Shown: one piece after another, positions 41,201 through 50,573 of the stretch | How positions within the stretch are numbered: position 1 is the stretch's first letter | How the letters are laid out: the number at the start of each line of letters is the position of its first letter | Source of the DNA: Thalassoroseus pseudoceratinae | GTDB taxonomy: Bacteria; Planctomycetota; Planctomycetia; Planctomycetales; Planctomycetaceae | NCBI RefSeq assembly: GCF_011634775.1 | Contig: NZ_JAALXT010000001.1 | Coordinates: 1,071,125-1,135,124 of the forward strand | DNA: 64,000 bases | Reading direction: 5' to 3' | Notes under the pieces: generated by a model | Seen by the model: the letters and a program-made list of their open reading frames with translations, nothing else | The model's database searches: none | What the model was told of the DNA's origin: nothing | Translations under genes and position numbers: made by a program

Positions 41201-41267
41201 CACGAACGTCGGTGCCCCGTTGCAATCTCTGCCAGCTCCACCGAGTTTTCCAGCAGAAATCCGCTAA
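38262..41267 (+). CDS. Ser/Thr protein kinase with Ser/Thr/Pro-rich linker and ~600-aa uncharacterised C-terminal region
   Basis: Complete Hanks kinase: GIGGMGAVFRA, VALKVL, HRDIKPSNIII, DLGLAR, SPEQ. Followed by one hydrophobic segment (WIATIGLLFAIVIGI), a low-complexity S/T/P stretch, and a large beta-rich C-terminal domain. Confidence 0.85.
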   Translation: MERTPQPIWGSRYFMSQYRTPEQSSQMTQSPGPTPDEAGSPFAFPLLPGATRHTETVINLEGRGDDSSDKPQSSSDVRNEPDLWNRLFPVLNPDGSSISETEPAGPEGVELGHFVVKERIGIGGMGAVFRALDTRLQRVVALKVLGPSQSRDESAVRRFQNEARSAARLDHDNIARVHYFGEDKGLHFIAFEYIRGMNLRDLITRHGPLHPAEAVNYTLQIATALKHTCEAGVVHRDIKPSNIIITSNGRAKLVDLGLARKEAADSLGDITLAGTTLGTFDYISPEQAQDPRSVDIRSDIYSLGCTLYHLLTGSPPYPEGTVLQKLLDHQGKEPPDPANRNRHVPTELSQIVKKMMATKPKNRYATPDDLLVDLGHLARAFGLQAVDPESYVWTIPEVQQERFWERHFGWIATIGLLFAIVIGIERFPKWTAPIASQTDRVASNTTRTEPATGLDGGQVIPPDSRSNAVGTPPIEDEGELTPEETLSSVTSESPFLDVELSESQPSTDSSSDLPKPLMKPDVATSPEFPFEGIEPLLKPTGSNVPSPLRPTETAATPAPKTQQETTDVVAMTPAKTQVSTSLPSKESEKSKTNSPATKVTPVGQLRPYTILRADGSSSETKPTLEAACAAANDGDIIEIRTSGTLPEQIRKPILIKGKKLAIRAAEDSRPWLEYYIDDTDGVTEQTRLIELVDASIDLINIDLRFDTATQLGANTDWAVISLQGSGQVRLDRVSITVENLGNVDCTAIELLEAPVRTGVDMGMKRTGGESRPEFSIEIVDSLIRGGCDVITAHHTNPGRVNLERSAIVVEGAAYASIGNLELLDESARVELRMVHVTAVTNSLIRFDAGTTPRDLLPIDVPTARDNIFATNTSNPLVVVEGAVSSDRYEQLLQWNGQRNFYHGYEMFWSGDAADFVSRDFEMWKRTWTQSTAGREIGAQNGEFEWSGMWDRMESSSVAPADLTLDDQTLGNPAISGATDGTNVGAPLQSLPAPPSFPAEIR

Positions 41268-41460
41268 AGAGACACAACCGCCTTCTGCGTCTGGGGTGGA
41301 CGCAGGAGGAACTTGGTTTCAGGTTACGGGGAAACAAAACCTGTGTTCGTCGCTGCACAGTCGTTTTTCCCCGATTGCGTTTCCCACGCATCAACGACCT
41401 GATATACTTTGGAGTGAAGATCGCTGCTCCCGCCCTCACTCCAACCCATGATATCCCGCC

Positions 41461-43617
41461 ATGTTGGACTTTTCGGTTCCGCGACAGTTTGCTTGCGTTG
41501 GCTTGATTCTTGGAATCACTCTTTCACCGTGCTTTGCGGATGATGCTGGTTTGGAGTTCTTCGAACGCAAGATTCGTCCGGTGTTGGTCGAGAAGTGTTA
41601 CGCCTGCCACTCGGCGAAAGCGGCCGCGGACGGGGAATTGAAAGGGAGCTTGCGGCTCGACACACGACAGGCCCTTCTTGTGGGTGGAGATTCCGGTCCG
41701 GCGATTGTTCCGAAGAAACCGGATGAGAGCCCGTTAATCGAAGCACTCGATTACACGACCTACGAGATGCCACCAAGTGGACCGTTGGGCGAGCAAGTCG
41801 TGTCGGACTTTCGCAAGTGGATCGAAATGGGTGCGCCGGACCCGCGAGACGGTGGCAAAGTCGATCCCGTTGCCAAGAACGAAATCAACTTTGATGCCGC
41901 TCGAGAGTTTTGGTCGTTTCAACCTCCAACGCGGCACACTGAACCGGTCGTCCAACACAAATCTTGGATTGAACGTCCAATCGACGCCTTCGTTCTGCGA
42001 CGGATGGAAGATGCAGGATTGTCACCCAGCGATACCGCGGAGCGTCGGACGTGGTTGCGACGAGTCACTTTCGATCTGACCGGACTTCCACCGTCACCGC
42101 AGGACGTCGAACGATTTCTCAAGGATCACTCCGCCGATGCCAAGTCGCGTGTGGTCGAACGCTTGTTGGCCTCCCCACAGTACGGCGAACACTGGGCGAA
42201 GATGTGGTTGGACTTGATGCGATACGCAGAAGATCAAGCTCACATCGTCGGCAACAACCGATCCCTATGCTACCCCAACGCGTATCTGTATCGGGATTGG
42301 GTCATCGAAGCCCTCAACGATGATGTCCCGTACGATCGTTTCATCAAACTTCAACTCGCCGCCGATCTGCTGGAACCCGATGACGACCGCAATCATGTGG
42401 CATTGGGCTTCATCGGATTAGGGCCGAAGTACTATCGTCGCAATTCGCTGGAAGTGATGGCCGATGAGTGGGAAGACCGGGTGGATGTCGTCGGTCGCGG
42501 TTTGCTCGGTCTAACCGTTGCGTGTGCACGCTGCCACGATCATAAATACGACCCCATCGAGACCGAAGATTATTACGCACTCGCGGGAGTCTTTGCCAGC
42601 ACAAGAATGCTGAACCGTCCGCTGAAGAACGCGAAAAAATCCGAGAAGAGCAAGCAGGCGAAGAGTCCCGATGACTCCATGCACATCATCGCGGATGCCC
42701 CGACCAAAGACTTGAATGTCTTCATTCGGGGAGACGTCAAAAAGAAGGGCCCCACAGTTCCGCGGCGGTTCTTGCAGATTCTCGACCCCGAAGCCAAGCC
42801 GTTTGCGTCACAGAGCGGCCGTCTGGAATTGGCGGAAGCCATTGCCGATCCGAACAACCCATTAACTGCGCGTGTCATCGTCAATCGTATTTGGGCTCGT
42901 CACTTCGGGACCCCGATTGTCGATACTCCGAGTAACTTCGGAAAACTCGGATCGGAACCATCACACCCACAATTGCTCGACGACTTGGCCACGCGATTCG
43001 TGGAACATGGCTGGTCGTTGAAATGGTTGCATCGCGAGATCACACTTTCAGCGACCTATGGTCAATCGAGCCTGGGAACCGAAAAGTCTCTCGAAGTGGA
43101 CCCGGCGAATGTCTATCTCTCCCGGATGCCGAGACAGCGGCTGAGTATCGAACAATGGCGAGACGCGATTCTATCCATCTCCGGAAAACTCGAACCGCAA
43201 GTTGGTGGAACGTCGATTGACCCGCAGGATCCCACGGCCGCTCGCCGAACGGTCTACAGTGAAATCAGCCGGTTGGAACTGAATTCGATGTTGGCGTTGT
43301 TCGGGCACCCTGATCCGAACACGCACAGCGAACGTCGAATTCAAACCACGACGCCGCTGCAAAAACTGTTCGTGCTCAACAGTCCGTTCATGGTCGCCCA
43401 GGCTGAGGCGTTTGCACAACGACTGATCGACAATCGAAAAGACCTCGATTCTCAACTTGATCTCGCGTACCGACTCTGCTTCAACCGACTACCGCACGAA
43501 GCCGAACGGTCGCTCGCCAAACAGTTCCTGCAAAGTGACGAGGACGACGCCGTCGGACGGTGGACGCAGTACGCTCAAATCTTGTTTGCTTCAAATGAAC
43601 TGCAATTCGTCGACTAA
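41461..43617 (+). CDS. PSCyt2-DUF1549-DUF1553 planctomycete cytochrome-like protein
   Basis: Signal peptide, CxxCH-like motif in FFERKIRPVLVEKCYACHS, then DUF1549 and DUF1553 regions (CARCHDHKYDP). Followed by the DUF1501 partner. Confidence 0.85.
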   Translation: MLDFSVPRQFACVGLILGITLSPCFADDAGLEFFERKIRPVLVEKCYACHSAKAAADGELKGSLRLDTRQALLVGGDSGPAIVPKKPDESPLIEALDYTTYEMPPSGPLGEQVVSDFRKWIEMGAPDPRDGGKVDPVAKNEINFDAAREFWSFQPPTRHTEPVVQHKSWIERPIDAFVLRRMEDAGLSPSDTAERRTWLRRVTFDLTGLPPSPQDVERFLKDHSADAKSRVVERLLASPQYGEHWAKMWLDLMRYAEDQAHIVGNNRSLCYPNAYLYRDWVIEALNDDVPYDRFIKLQLAADLLEPDDDRNHVALGFIGLGPKYYRRNSLEVMADEWEDRVDVVGRGLLGLTVACARCHDHKYDPIETEDYYALAGVFASTRMLNRPLKNAKKSEKSKQAKSPDDSMHIIADAPTKDLNVFIRGDVKKKGPTVPRRFLQILDPEAKPFASQSGRLELAEAIADPNNPLTARVIVNRIWARHFGTPIVDTPSNFGKLGSEPSHPQLLDDLATRFVEHGWSLKWLHREITLSATYGQSSLGTEKSLEVDPANVYLSRMPRQRLSIEQWRDAILSISGKLEPQVGGTSIDPQDPTAARRTVYSEISRLELNSMLALFGHPDPNTHSERRIQTTTPLQKLFVLNSPFMVAQAEAFAQRLIDNRKDLDSQLDLAYRLCFNRLPHEAERSLAKQFLQSDEDDAVGRWTQYAQILFASNELQFVD

Positions 43618-43684
43618 CACCGCCCGACGATGAGGGAAACGCGTTGAAATCAATTCGTCGGAGTTTGACAGAAAGCCCCAAGCC

Positions 43685-45103
43685 ATGCCGCACACGACTC
43701 CAACTCTTCTCAATCGTCGATCCATGTTGCAGCAGGCCGGTGCCGGTTTCGGCATGCTGGGTTTGGCGGGCGCGATGAACGCCGGTGGTCTGTTGACGTC
43801 GACTGCTCAGGCGGCGACCACGCAGAATCCGCTGCCGCACTTTGCACCGAAAGCGAAGCGGGTTGTCTTTCTGTTTATGAACGGTGCTCCATCGCATGTG
43901 GACACCTTCGACCCGAAACCGGCGCTCAAGAAGCACGAGGGCGAAGAACCGTCGGAACGATCCAAAGGACGCGGCGCGGGGTATATGCCATCACCGTTCA
44001 AGTTCCAGCCGCACGGTGAAAGCGGCGTGGTGATGAGCGAATTGTTCCCGAACCTGTCGAAACACGCGGACGATCTGTGCGTCTTGCGGTCGATGCATAC
44101 GGACGTTCCGAATCACGAACCGGGATTGCTATTGATGCACTCGGGGAACATCCAACCGACGCGGCCGTGTCTCGGTTCGTGGGCATCTTACGGACTGGGC
44201 AGCGAGAACCAAAACTTGCCGGGCTTCGTGTGTCTGTGTCCCGGATTGCCCGTTGTGGGACCGCAACTGTGGTCGAACTCGTTTCTGCCGGGGCAGCACC
44301 AAGGCGTCGCGGTCGATACGAATGACATGGCGGTGGATAAACTTGTAGCCAACGTGAGGCATCCCCGATGGGATCGTTCACAGCAACGCAAACAACTCGA
44401 CATCCTCAACCAGTTAAATCGGCTTCACGCCGATGGGCGCAACCAGGATGATGCCCTCGAATCGCAAATTCGAGCGATGGAACTAGCCTTCGCCATGCAA
44501 CGCGAAGCGACGGTCGTCTTCGACATCAGCGGTGAACCGAAATACGTTCAGGAAGCGTATGGGAATACGCCGTTCGGTCGGTCCTGTTTGCTCGCTCGAC
44601 GGATGTTGGAAGCTGACGTGCGATTCGTGCAAGTCTATTACGTCACGAAGAAAGGCAAACAGCCGTGGGACACGCACTCCAACAATGACGACGGACATCG
44701 CCGCCTCTGTGCCGACAGCGACAAAGCCACCGCCGCATTACTCGGAGACTTAAAAGCACGCGGGCTTCTCGATGACACACTCGTCATCTGGGGTGGTGAA
44801 TTCGGTCGCACGCCGTACGCGCAGCAAGACAAGAAAAAGAAAAACAAACCCGGTCGCGATCACCACAACACCGGCTTCTCGATGTTCCTCGCTGGTGGCG
44901 GGACACGCGGCGGTTTGATGTACGGTTCCACCGACGAGTTCGGCATGCACGCCGTCGAAAACCGCATGCACGTCCACGACCTCCACGCCACCATCCTGCA
45001 CCTGATGGGCCTCGACCACGAACGCCTCACCTACCGCTACTCCGGCCGAGACTTCCGCCTCACCGACGTCCACGGCCGCGTCGTGCACGACATCATCGCG
45101 TAA
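43685..45103 (+). CDS. DUF1501 (sulfatase-like) protein with TAT signal
   Basis: TAT motif NRRSMLQQAGAGFGMLGLAGA and DUF1501 core (LRSMHTDVPNHEPG). Canonical partner of DUF1549/1553. Confidence 0.85.
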   Translation: MPHTTPTLLNRRSMLQQAGAGFGMLGLAGAMNAGGLLTSTAQAATTQNPLPHFAPKAKRVVFLFMNGAPSHVDTFDPKPALKKHEGEEPSERSKGRGAGYMPSPFKFQPHGESGVVMSELFPNLSKHADDLCVLRSMHTDVPNHEPGLLLMHSGNIQPTRPCLGSWASYGLGSENQNLPGFVCLCPGLPVVGPQLWSNSFLPGQHQGVAVDTNDMAVDKLVANVRHPRWDRSQQRKQLDILNQLNRLHADGRNQDDALESQIRAMELAFAMQREATVVFDISGEPKYVQEAYGNTPFGRSCLLARRMLEADVRFVQVYYVTKKGKQPWDTHSNNDDGHRRLCADSDKATAALLGDLKARGLLDDTLVIWGGEFGRTPYAQQDKKKKNKPGRDHHNTGFSMFLAGGGTRGGLMYGSTDEFGMHAVENRMHVHDLHATILHLMGLDHERLTYRYSGRDFRLTDVHGRVVHDIIA

Positions 45104-45128
45104 AATCGATGAGTAATGTCGGTCCACA

Positions 45129-45785
45129 TCAGCGGATTTGCTTGTGTGAGCCGTCACATCCGGGCATCTTTTTCGAGAGACCACAGGTGCAGTCGTTGAG
45201 GCCTTTGCCGTCGAGAATACGTTCGGTGTAGCGTTCGATTCGTGTGGTGCGGGTCTTGGATTGCTTCGCACTGGAAAAGTGCAGCACGTAGCCGCGTTGC
45301 CGACCGGGTGTGAGGGCGGTGAAAGCAGTTTTCAGTTCCGGATTTTTCTCGAATTGCTCCTGAAGTTCGAGCGGAAATTCCAACGCGGCGTGGTCGATCG
45401 CCTCGACCTTGCGACCAGATTTCTCAACTTCGATCGCTTCGGTGAGATACGACTTCAAAGTCGGCTTGAGCCTCTCGATCTCCGTGGTGTCCGTAAACCG
45501 AATCACACGGGCCGAGCGGGTATTCTCACCCGACTTTTCCAGAATACCTAGCGGGTCTCCGAGCAGGGCTCCCTTGAAAAAACCGAGGGTGCAGCAGTCC
45601 TTCAACTCCGCCAGGATCACAATGTTCTTCCCCTGGTGCGTGTAGCACGGGGCTCGCCATTTGAAGTCTTCGGTCAACTCGGTGTCGAGCAAGATCTTCC
45701 GCAGCGCGGCCAATTCGTCCTGCCAATTGGCAAGGTCGCGAAAGTAATCGTCAACGTCGGAATTCGTTCCGGTGCTGGAGGGCAT
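45129..45785 (-). CDS. DUF1801/YdeI-like protein with C-terminal CDGSH iron-sulfur zinc-finger
   Basis: YdeI/DUF1801-like body plus a C-terminal CTCGLSKKMPGCDGSHKQ, which is a CDGSH-type motif. Confidence 0.55.
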   Translation of the reverse strand: MPSSTGTNSDVDDYFRDLANWQDELAALRKILLDTELTEDFKWRAPCYTHQGKNIVILAELKDCCTLGFFKGALLGDPLGILEKSGENTRSARVIRFTDTTEIERLKPTLKSYLTEAIEVEKSGRKVEAIDHAALEFPLELQEQFEKNPELKTAFTALTPGRQRGYVLHFSSAKQSKTRTTRIERYTERILDGKGLNDCTCGLSKKMPGCDGSHKQIR

Positions 45786-45976
45786 GGAAACCTCGCTGGT
45801 TGTGTTCGAGTCCAGATCGGTACGTTCTTACAACACAAATTTTAGTTTGCTACTGAGGACGAAAGAACCCAACTTTGACAACAGATCATCAGCAAATTGC
45901 GGGTCCCTGTTTTCTGACCTGCGGACGCTTTATCATGGGCCGGTCGATCATACCTAGCGCGAAAGAACATGAACTG

Positions 45977-48900
45977 ATGACCATTCAGAAACTTCTTGTG
46001 GCGAACCGTTCGGAGATTGCGATTCGGGCGTTTCGCTCGGCTTATGAGTTGGGCATTCGGACCGTGGCGATTCACGCCCACGAAGACCGCTTCTCGTTGC
46101 ATCGCTTCAAAGCAGACGAAGCGTACGAAGTCGGTCAAAAAGGTGAGCCCATTCGGTCTTATCTGGATATCGACTCGATCGTTCAGTTGGCTGAACGAAT
46201 TGGCGTCGACGCGATTTATCCTGGTTACGGTTTCCTCTCGGAAAACGCCGACTTTGCTCAAGCGTGTGCGGACCGAGGAATCAAGTTCGTCGGTCCAACA
46301 GTGGATGTTCTGCGGCGGTTGGGAGACAAAACCTCTGCCCGTGAAATCGCCGAGCAAGCTGGTGTACCGATTCTCGGTGGAAGTAGCGGAGCAATTCAAA
46401 ACGTCGAAGAGGGAATGGAAACCGCGCGGGGATTGGGTTTTCCAATCATTCTGAAAGCCGCCCACGGGGGCGGTGGACGCGGGATGCGTGTCGTTCAAAC
46501 GGAAGACGAATTTGCTGGTGCATTCGAGCAAGCTCAACGGGAATCGCTGACGGCATTCGGCAGCCCGGATATCTTCGTTGAGAAGTTTATTTCGCAGGCT
46601 CGGCACATCGAAGTGCAGTTGCTTGGCGACGAGCATGGTAATGTGCTCCATCTCTACGAACGTGACTGCTCGGTTCAACGACGACATCAGAAAGTCGTGG
46701 AGCTTGCACCCGCACCAACTCTTGACGACAGCATTCGCGCGGGGCTTTGTGAAGCGGCGGTGAAGATTGGGCAGTCGGTAAATTACCAAAACGCCGGCAC
46801 GGTTGAGTTCCTCGTTGACGCCGAAAGCGGGCAATTCTTTTTCATCGAAGTGAATCCCCGGATTCAAGTCGAGCATACGGTGACAGAGGAGATCACCGGG
46901 GTCGATATCGTTAAATCGCAGCTTTTGATCGCTCAAGGCAAAGCTCTGAGTGAACCGGAAATCGGGCTGCCAGACCAGGCGTCCGTCCCAATTCACGGAT
47001 ATGCGATTCAATGTCGTGTCACCACCGAGGACCCCACGCAGAATTTCACTCCAGACTATGGCCGCATCACACACTATCGATCCGGTAGCGGCACAGGTGT
47101 GCGATTAGATGCCGGCAGTGCATTTTCCGGTGCCGTCGTTTACCCGTTCTATGATTCGCTGCTTGTGAAAGTCACCGCCCGGGCTCGTCGGTTCAATGAT
47201 GCGGTCAAACGCATGGAACGCGTTCTCGCCGAGTTCCGAATCCGTGGCGTGAAGACCAACATTCCGTTCTTGCAAAAGCTGCTGCGTCACGAAACCTTCG
47301 TGGCTGGCGAATGCACCACGCGGTTCATCGACCAACACCCGGAACTGTTCGACATCCCGGAACGTCAGAACCGCGCTCAGAAAATGTTGCGGTACATCGG
47401 CGATGTCATCGTGAACGGGAACCCCACGGTCGCCGGTCGACCTCAAAGCAAACGACGCACGCCGGCCCTGGTACCGAAATTCGATGGCAGTCAACCCCTT
47501 CCGAAGGGCACACGTGACCGCTTGAAGGAACTTGGCCCTGAGAAGTTTTCTCAGTGGATTCTGGAACAAAAACCACTGCTCATTACCGACACTACCTTCC
47601 GCGATGCCCACCAGTCGCTGTTCGCCACACGGATGCGTACATACGACATGTTGCAAGTTGCGGATGCGTACGCTCACTTGGCTCCTCAATTGTTCTCCCT
47701 GGAAATGTGGGGCGGGGCGACGTTTGACGTTTCCATGCGGTTTCTCAACGAATCGCCTTGGGATCGTTTGGCACGAATGCGGGAGAAGGTTCCCAACATC
47801 CTGTTCCAAATGCTGCTGCGAGCATCGAACGCGGTTGGTTACACCAACTATCCGGACAACGTCGTGCGGGCGTTCGTGAAAGAAACCGCCGACGCGGGGC
47901 TGGACGTGTTTCGGGTGTTCGATGCCCTGAACTGGGTTCCGAACATGCGAGTGGCGATGGAAGCCGTGCTCGAAACCGATGCCATCTGCGAAGCGTCAAT
48001 CTGCTACACCGGTGATATCACCAATCCGAAACGCACCAAGTACGATCTGAAGTACTATGTCGAGTTGGCGAAAACGCTGGAGAAGATGGGTGCTCATATC
48101 TTGGCCATCAAGGACATGGCCGGCTTGTGCAAACCAGCGGCGGCGAAGCAGCTTGTGACGGCTCTTAAGAGCGAGATCGGCATTCCGATCCACTTCCACA
48201 CGCACGACACGGCGGGCATGCAAACCGCTTCGATTTTGGAGGCGGCCGACGTGGGCCTGGATATCGCCGACGCAGCGATGGCACCGCTCTCTGGCGGGAC
48301 CGCTCAGGTGAACTTGAACACTCTTAGCGAGTCAATTCGTTTCACCGATCGAGCGACTGGTTTGGACTCCGACTCCATCGATTCGCTCGCGGATTACTGG
48401 GGTGCCGTCAAGGAATTTTACACGCCGTTTGAAAGCGAAGTCCTTCCCGGCACGGCTGACTTGTACAACCACGAAATGCCAGGCGGACAGTACACGAACT
48501 TGTACCAACAGGCATCCGCTCTGGGTTTGTCGGATCGCTGGCGGGAAGTTTGTCATGTCTACGCCGACGTCAACGAAATGTTCGGCGACATTGTCAAAGT
48601 CACACCGACCTCGAAAGCCGTGGGCGACATGGCGTTGTTCATGGTCGGGAATGACCTCACCGTCGACGATGTTCTCAACGGCGAAAAGGAATATTCGTAC
48701 CCGGCTTCGGTGATCGACTTGATCAGCGGTGCGATGGGACAACCGCCGGGTGGTTTTCCAGAAAATGTTCGCCAGCGGATTCTGAAAGATCATCCGTCCT
48801 TCGACGGTCGTCCCGGCGAAACGCTGCCACCGGCGGACTTCGAAGCGGAATCCAAGACGCTGGAGGAATTGCTCGATCGCAAACCGACATCGCAAGAAGT

Positions 48901-49417
48901 GCTATCGTCATTGCTATACCCCCGCGTGTTCGCGGACTTCGCGAAACACCAGTTAGAGTATGGCGACACCAGCACACTCCCGACGCCGGTTTACTTCTTT
49001 GGCATGGAAGGCACCGAGGAAATTGCGGCGGATATCGAACCGGGTAAAACGCTCATCATCCGTTATCTGACGACAGGCATCGCCCACTCCGATGGAATGC
49101 GAAGCGTGTTCTTCGAGCTCAACGGGCAACCGCGTGACGTGCTCGTTCTGGACAAATCCGAGGAACCGGAAACTCCGGCCAGCGCCCAAGCAGACCCGAA
49201 CAATGCGAACCACGTTGGAGCCCAAATGCCCGGGATGGTTGTCGCAGTGGCGGTCGACGCGGGTTCCCAGGTCTCGAAAGGTCAAAAGCTGCTCACGATG
49301 GAAGCCATGAAGATGCAAACCACCGTGACCGCCGAACGCGATGGAAAAATTGCCGAGGTCCTGGTGAAAGCCGGGAGTCAGGTGAAGACCGGCGACTTGC
49401 TTCTCACTTGGGAATAG
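45977..49417 (+). CDS. pyc: pyruvate carboxylase (biotin carboxylase + carboxyltransferase + biotinyl domains)
   Basis: BC domain (KLLVANRSEIAIRAFR), carboxyltransferase HTHDTAG motif, and C-terminal biotin attachment EAMKMQ. Start set at ATG 45977 (MTIQKLL). The ORF-track start at 45875 adds a 34-aa leader. Confidence 0.9.
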   Translation: MTIQKLLVANRSEIAIRAFRSAYELGIRTVAIHAHEDRFSLHRFKADEAYEVGQKGEPIRSYLDIDSIVQLAERIGVDAIYPGYGFLSENADFAQACADRGIKFVGPTVDVLRRLGDKTSAREIAEQAGVPILGGSSGAIQNVEEGMETARGLGFPIILKAAHGGGGRGMRVVQTEDEFAGAFEQAQRESLTAFGSPDIFVEKFISQARHIEVQLLGDEHGNVLHLYERDCSVQRRHQKVVELAPAPTLDDSIRAGLCEAAVKIGQSVNYQNAGTVEFLVDAESGQFFFIEVNPRIQVEHTVTEEITGVDIVKSQLLIAQGKALSEPEIGLPDQASVPIHGYAIQCRVTTEDPTQNFTPDYGRITHYRSGSGTGVRLDAGSAFSGAVVYPFYDSLLVKVTARARRFNDAVKRMERVLAEFRIRGVKTNIPFLQKLLRHETFVAGECTTRFIDQHPELFDIPERQNRAQKMLRYIGDVIVNGNPTVAGRPQSKRRTPALVPKFDGSQPLPKGTRDRLKELGPEKFSQWILEQKPLLITDTTFRDAHQSLFATRMRTYDMLQVADAYAHLAPQLFSLEMWGGATFDVSMRFLNESPWDRLARMREKVPNILFQMLLRASNAVGYTNYPDNVVRAFVKETADAGLDVFRVFDALNWVPNMRVAMEAVLETDAICEASICYTGDITNPKRTKYDLKYYVELAKTLEKMGAHILAIKDMAGLCKPAAAKQLVTALKSEIGIPIHFHTHDTAGMQTASILEAADVGLDIADAAMAPLSGGTAQVNLNTLSESIRFTDRATGLDSDSIDSLADYWGAVKEFYTPFESEVLPGTADLYNHEMPGGQYTNLYQQASALGLSDRWREVCHVYADVNEMFGDIVKVTPTSKAVGDMALFMVGNDLTVDDVLNGEKEYSYPASVIDLISGAMGQPPGGFPENVRQRILKDHPSFDGRPGETLPPADFEAESKTLEELLDRKPTSQEVLSSLLYPRVFADFAKHQLEYGDTSTLPTPVYFFGMEGTEEIAADIEPGKTLIIRYLTTGIAHSDGMRSVFFELNGQPRDVLVLDKSEEPETPASAQADPNNANHVGAQMPGMVVAVAVDAGSQVSKGQKLLTMEAMKMQTTVTAERDGKIAEVLVKAGSQVKTGDLLLTWE

Positions 49418-49587
49418 GATGAGGTCTACGGTGCTGGCATGTGGGGAAATCGAATCTCGAACCACCCGCGTGTGAGGATTTAGGGATTAGGAAAGATGCT
49501 CGGAGAGCTCTGGTTTTCCTACGAAATCCTGATCCCATCATCCGAATGGCTAATTGGTAATCGCACGATTTTCAAGGATGCCAGTCC

Positions 49588-50493
49588 GTGACCGATGATC
49601 CAACCAAGTCCAGCGAGGCGAAAAAGCCTGTCCTCCGGGTGGCCGTCGCGCAGATTGACTCCGTCCCGTACGAAGTCAACATCAACGTGGACAAGCATTT
49701 CAAATACATCGAGGAAGCCCGCGCTGCGGACGTCGATCTGCTTGTGTTTCCGGAATTGTCTATCACTGGTTATCCGGTTGGGTTTCGGGCGTTGGAAGTG
49801 GCCATCACCCAAGACGACCAACTCCTCACCGAATTAGCGAGCGAATCCGGACCGATGCGAACGGTTGTCGGATTCGTCGAAGATGGTTACGCCGCCCAAA
49901 TTCACAACACGTGTGCCGTTTTGCATGACGGTGACGTGCAGTTCATTCATCGCAAGTTGAACTTGGCATCCTACGGCAACTTGGAAGAGAAAAAACACTA
50001 CGCCGGGGGACGCTACATCGATGTGTTCAAGATGCAGTCGCCCTGGATTGGTTCCATCCTCGTATGTGCCGATTTGTGGAACCCGGCTTTGGTGCAAATT
50101 GCTGCGCTCTACGGAACGACATTGTTGATTGCTCCCGTGGCGTCTTCGGAACGGGCACTCGCGGGAGACTTCTCCAATCCGATGGGCTGGGAAACGGTCA
50201 TTAAATTCTATTCCATGATCTATGGATTCCCTGTGATCATGGCGAACTTCTCCGGCGGCATCAGTTTGGATGACCGGTTTTGGGGAGGTAGTCGGGTGGT
50301 CGATCCCTATGGAAATACGCTCATCCAAGCGGGTGATGGTGAAGAACTGATTATTGCGGAAATCGACTACAACGGCGTCCGCGATGCCCGTTTCCGATTG
50401 CCAACCGTGCGGGACTCCAACCTCGACCTAATTCAACGGGAGATCGGCCGACTCACGAAGAACCTCGGTGTTCCGTTCAATGTGCGTACTTGA
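49588..50493 (+). CDS. carbon-nitrogen hydrolase family protein (nitrilase/amidase superfamily)
   Basis: Catalytic-triad context: E in LLVFPEL, K in FIHRKLNL, C in ILVCADLWNP. Confidence 0.8.
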   Translation: MTDDPTKSSEAKKPVLRVAVAQIDSVPYEVNINVDKHFKYIEEARAADVDLLVFPELSITGYPVGFRALEVAITQDDQLLTELASESGPMRTVVGFVEDGYAAQIHNTCAVLHDGDVQFIHRKLNLASYGNLEEKKHYAGGRYIDVFKMQSPWIGSILVCADLWNPALVQIAALYGTTLLIAPVASSERALAGDFSNPMGWETVIKFYSMIYGFPVIMANFSGGISLDDRFWGGSRVVDPYGNTLIQAGDGEELIIAEIDYNGVRDARFRLPTVRDSNLDLIQREIGRLTKNLGVPFNVRT

Positions 50494-50573
50494 CGAAGAC
50501 AGTGCCCCGGTCTACGGTTGCCTTCGGACAGCCCGCGCTTTTGCCGAAGAATTGACTCAAGGACACTGCTTTT

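Noticed and set aside
45842-47074. 410-aa minus-strand ORF (and 47105..47809) overlapping pyruvate carboxylase
   Set aside because: It lies entirely antisense to the strongly conserved pyc biotin-carboxylase domain. No domain is recognisable. A long antisense ORF like this is expected by chance in high-GC DNA.
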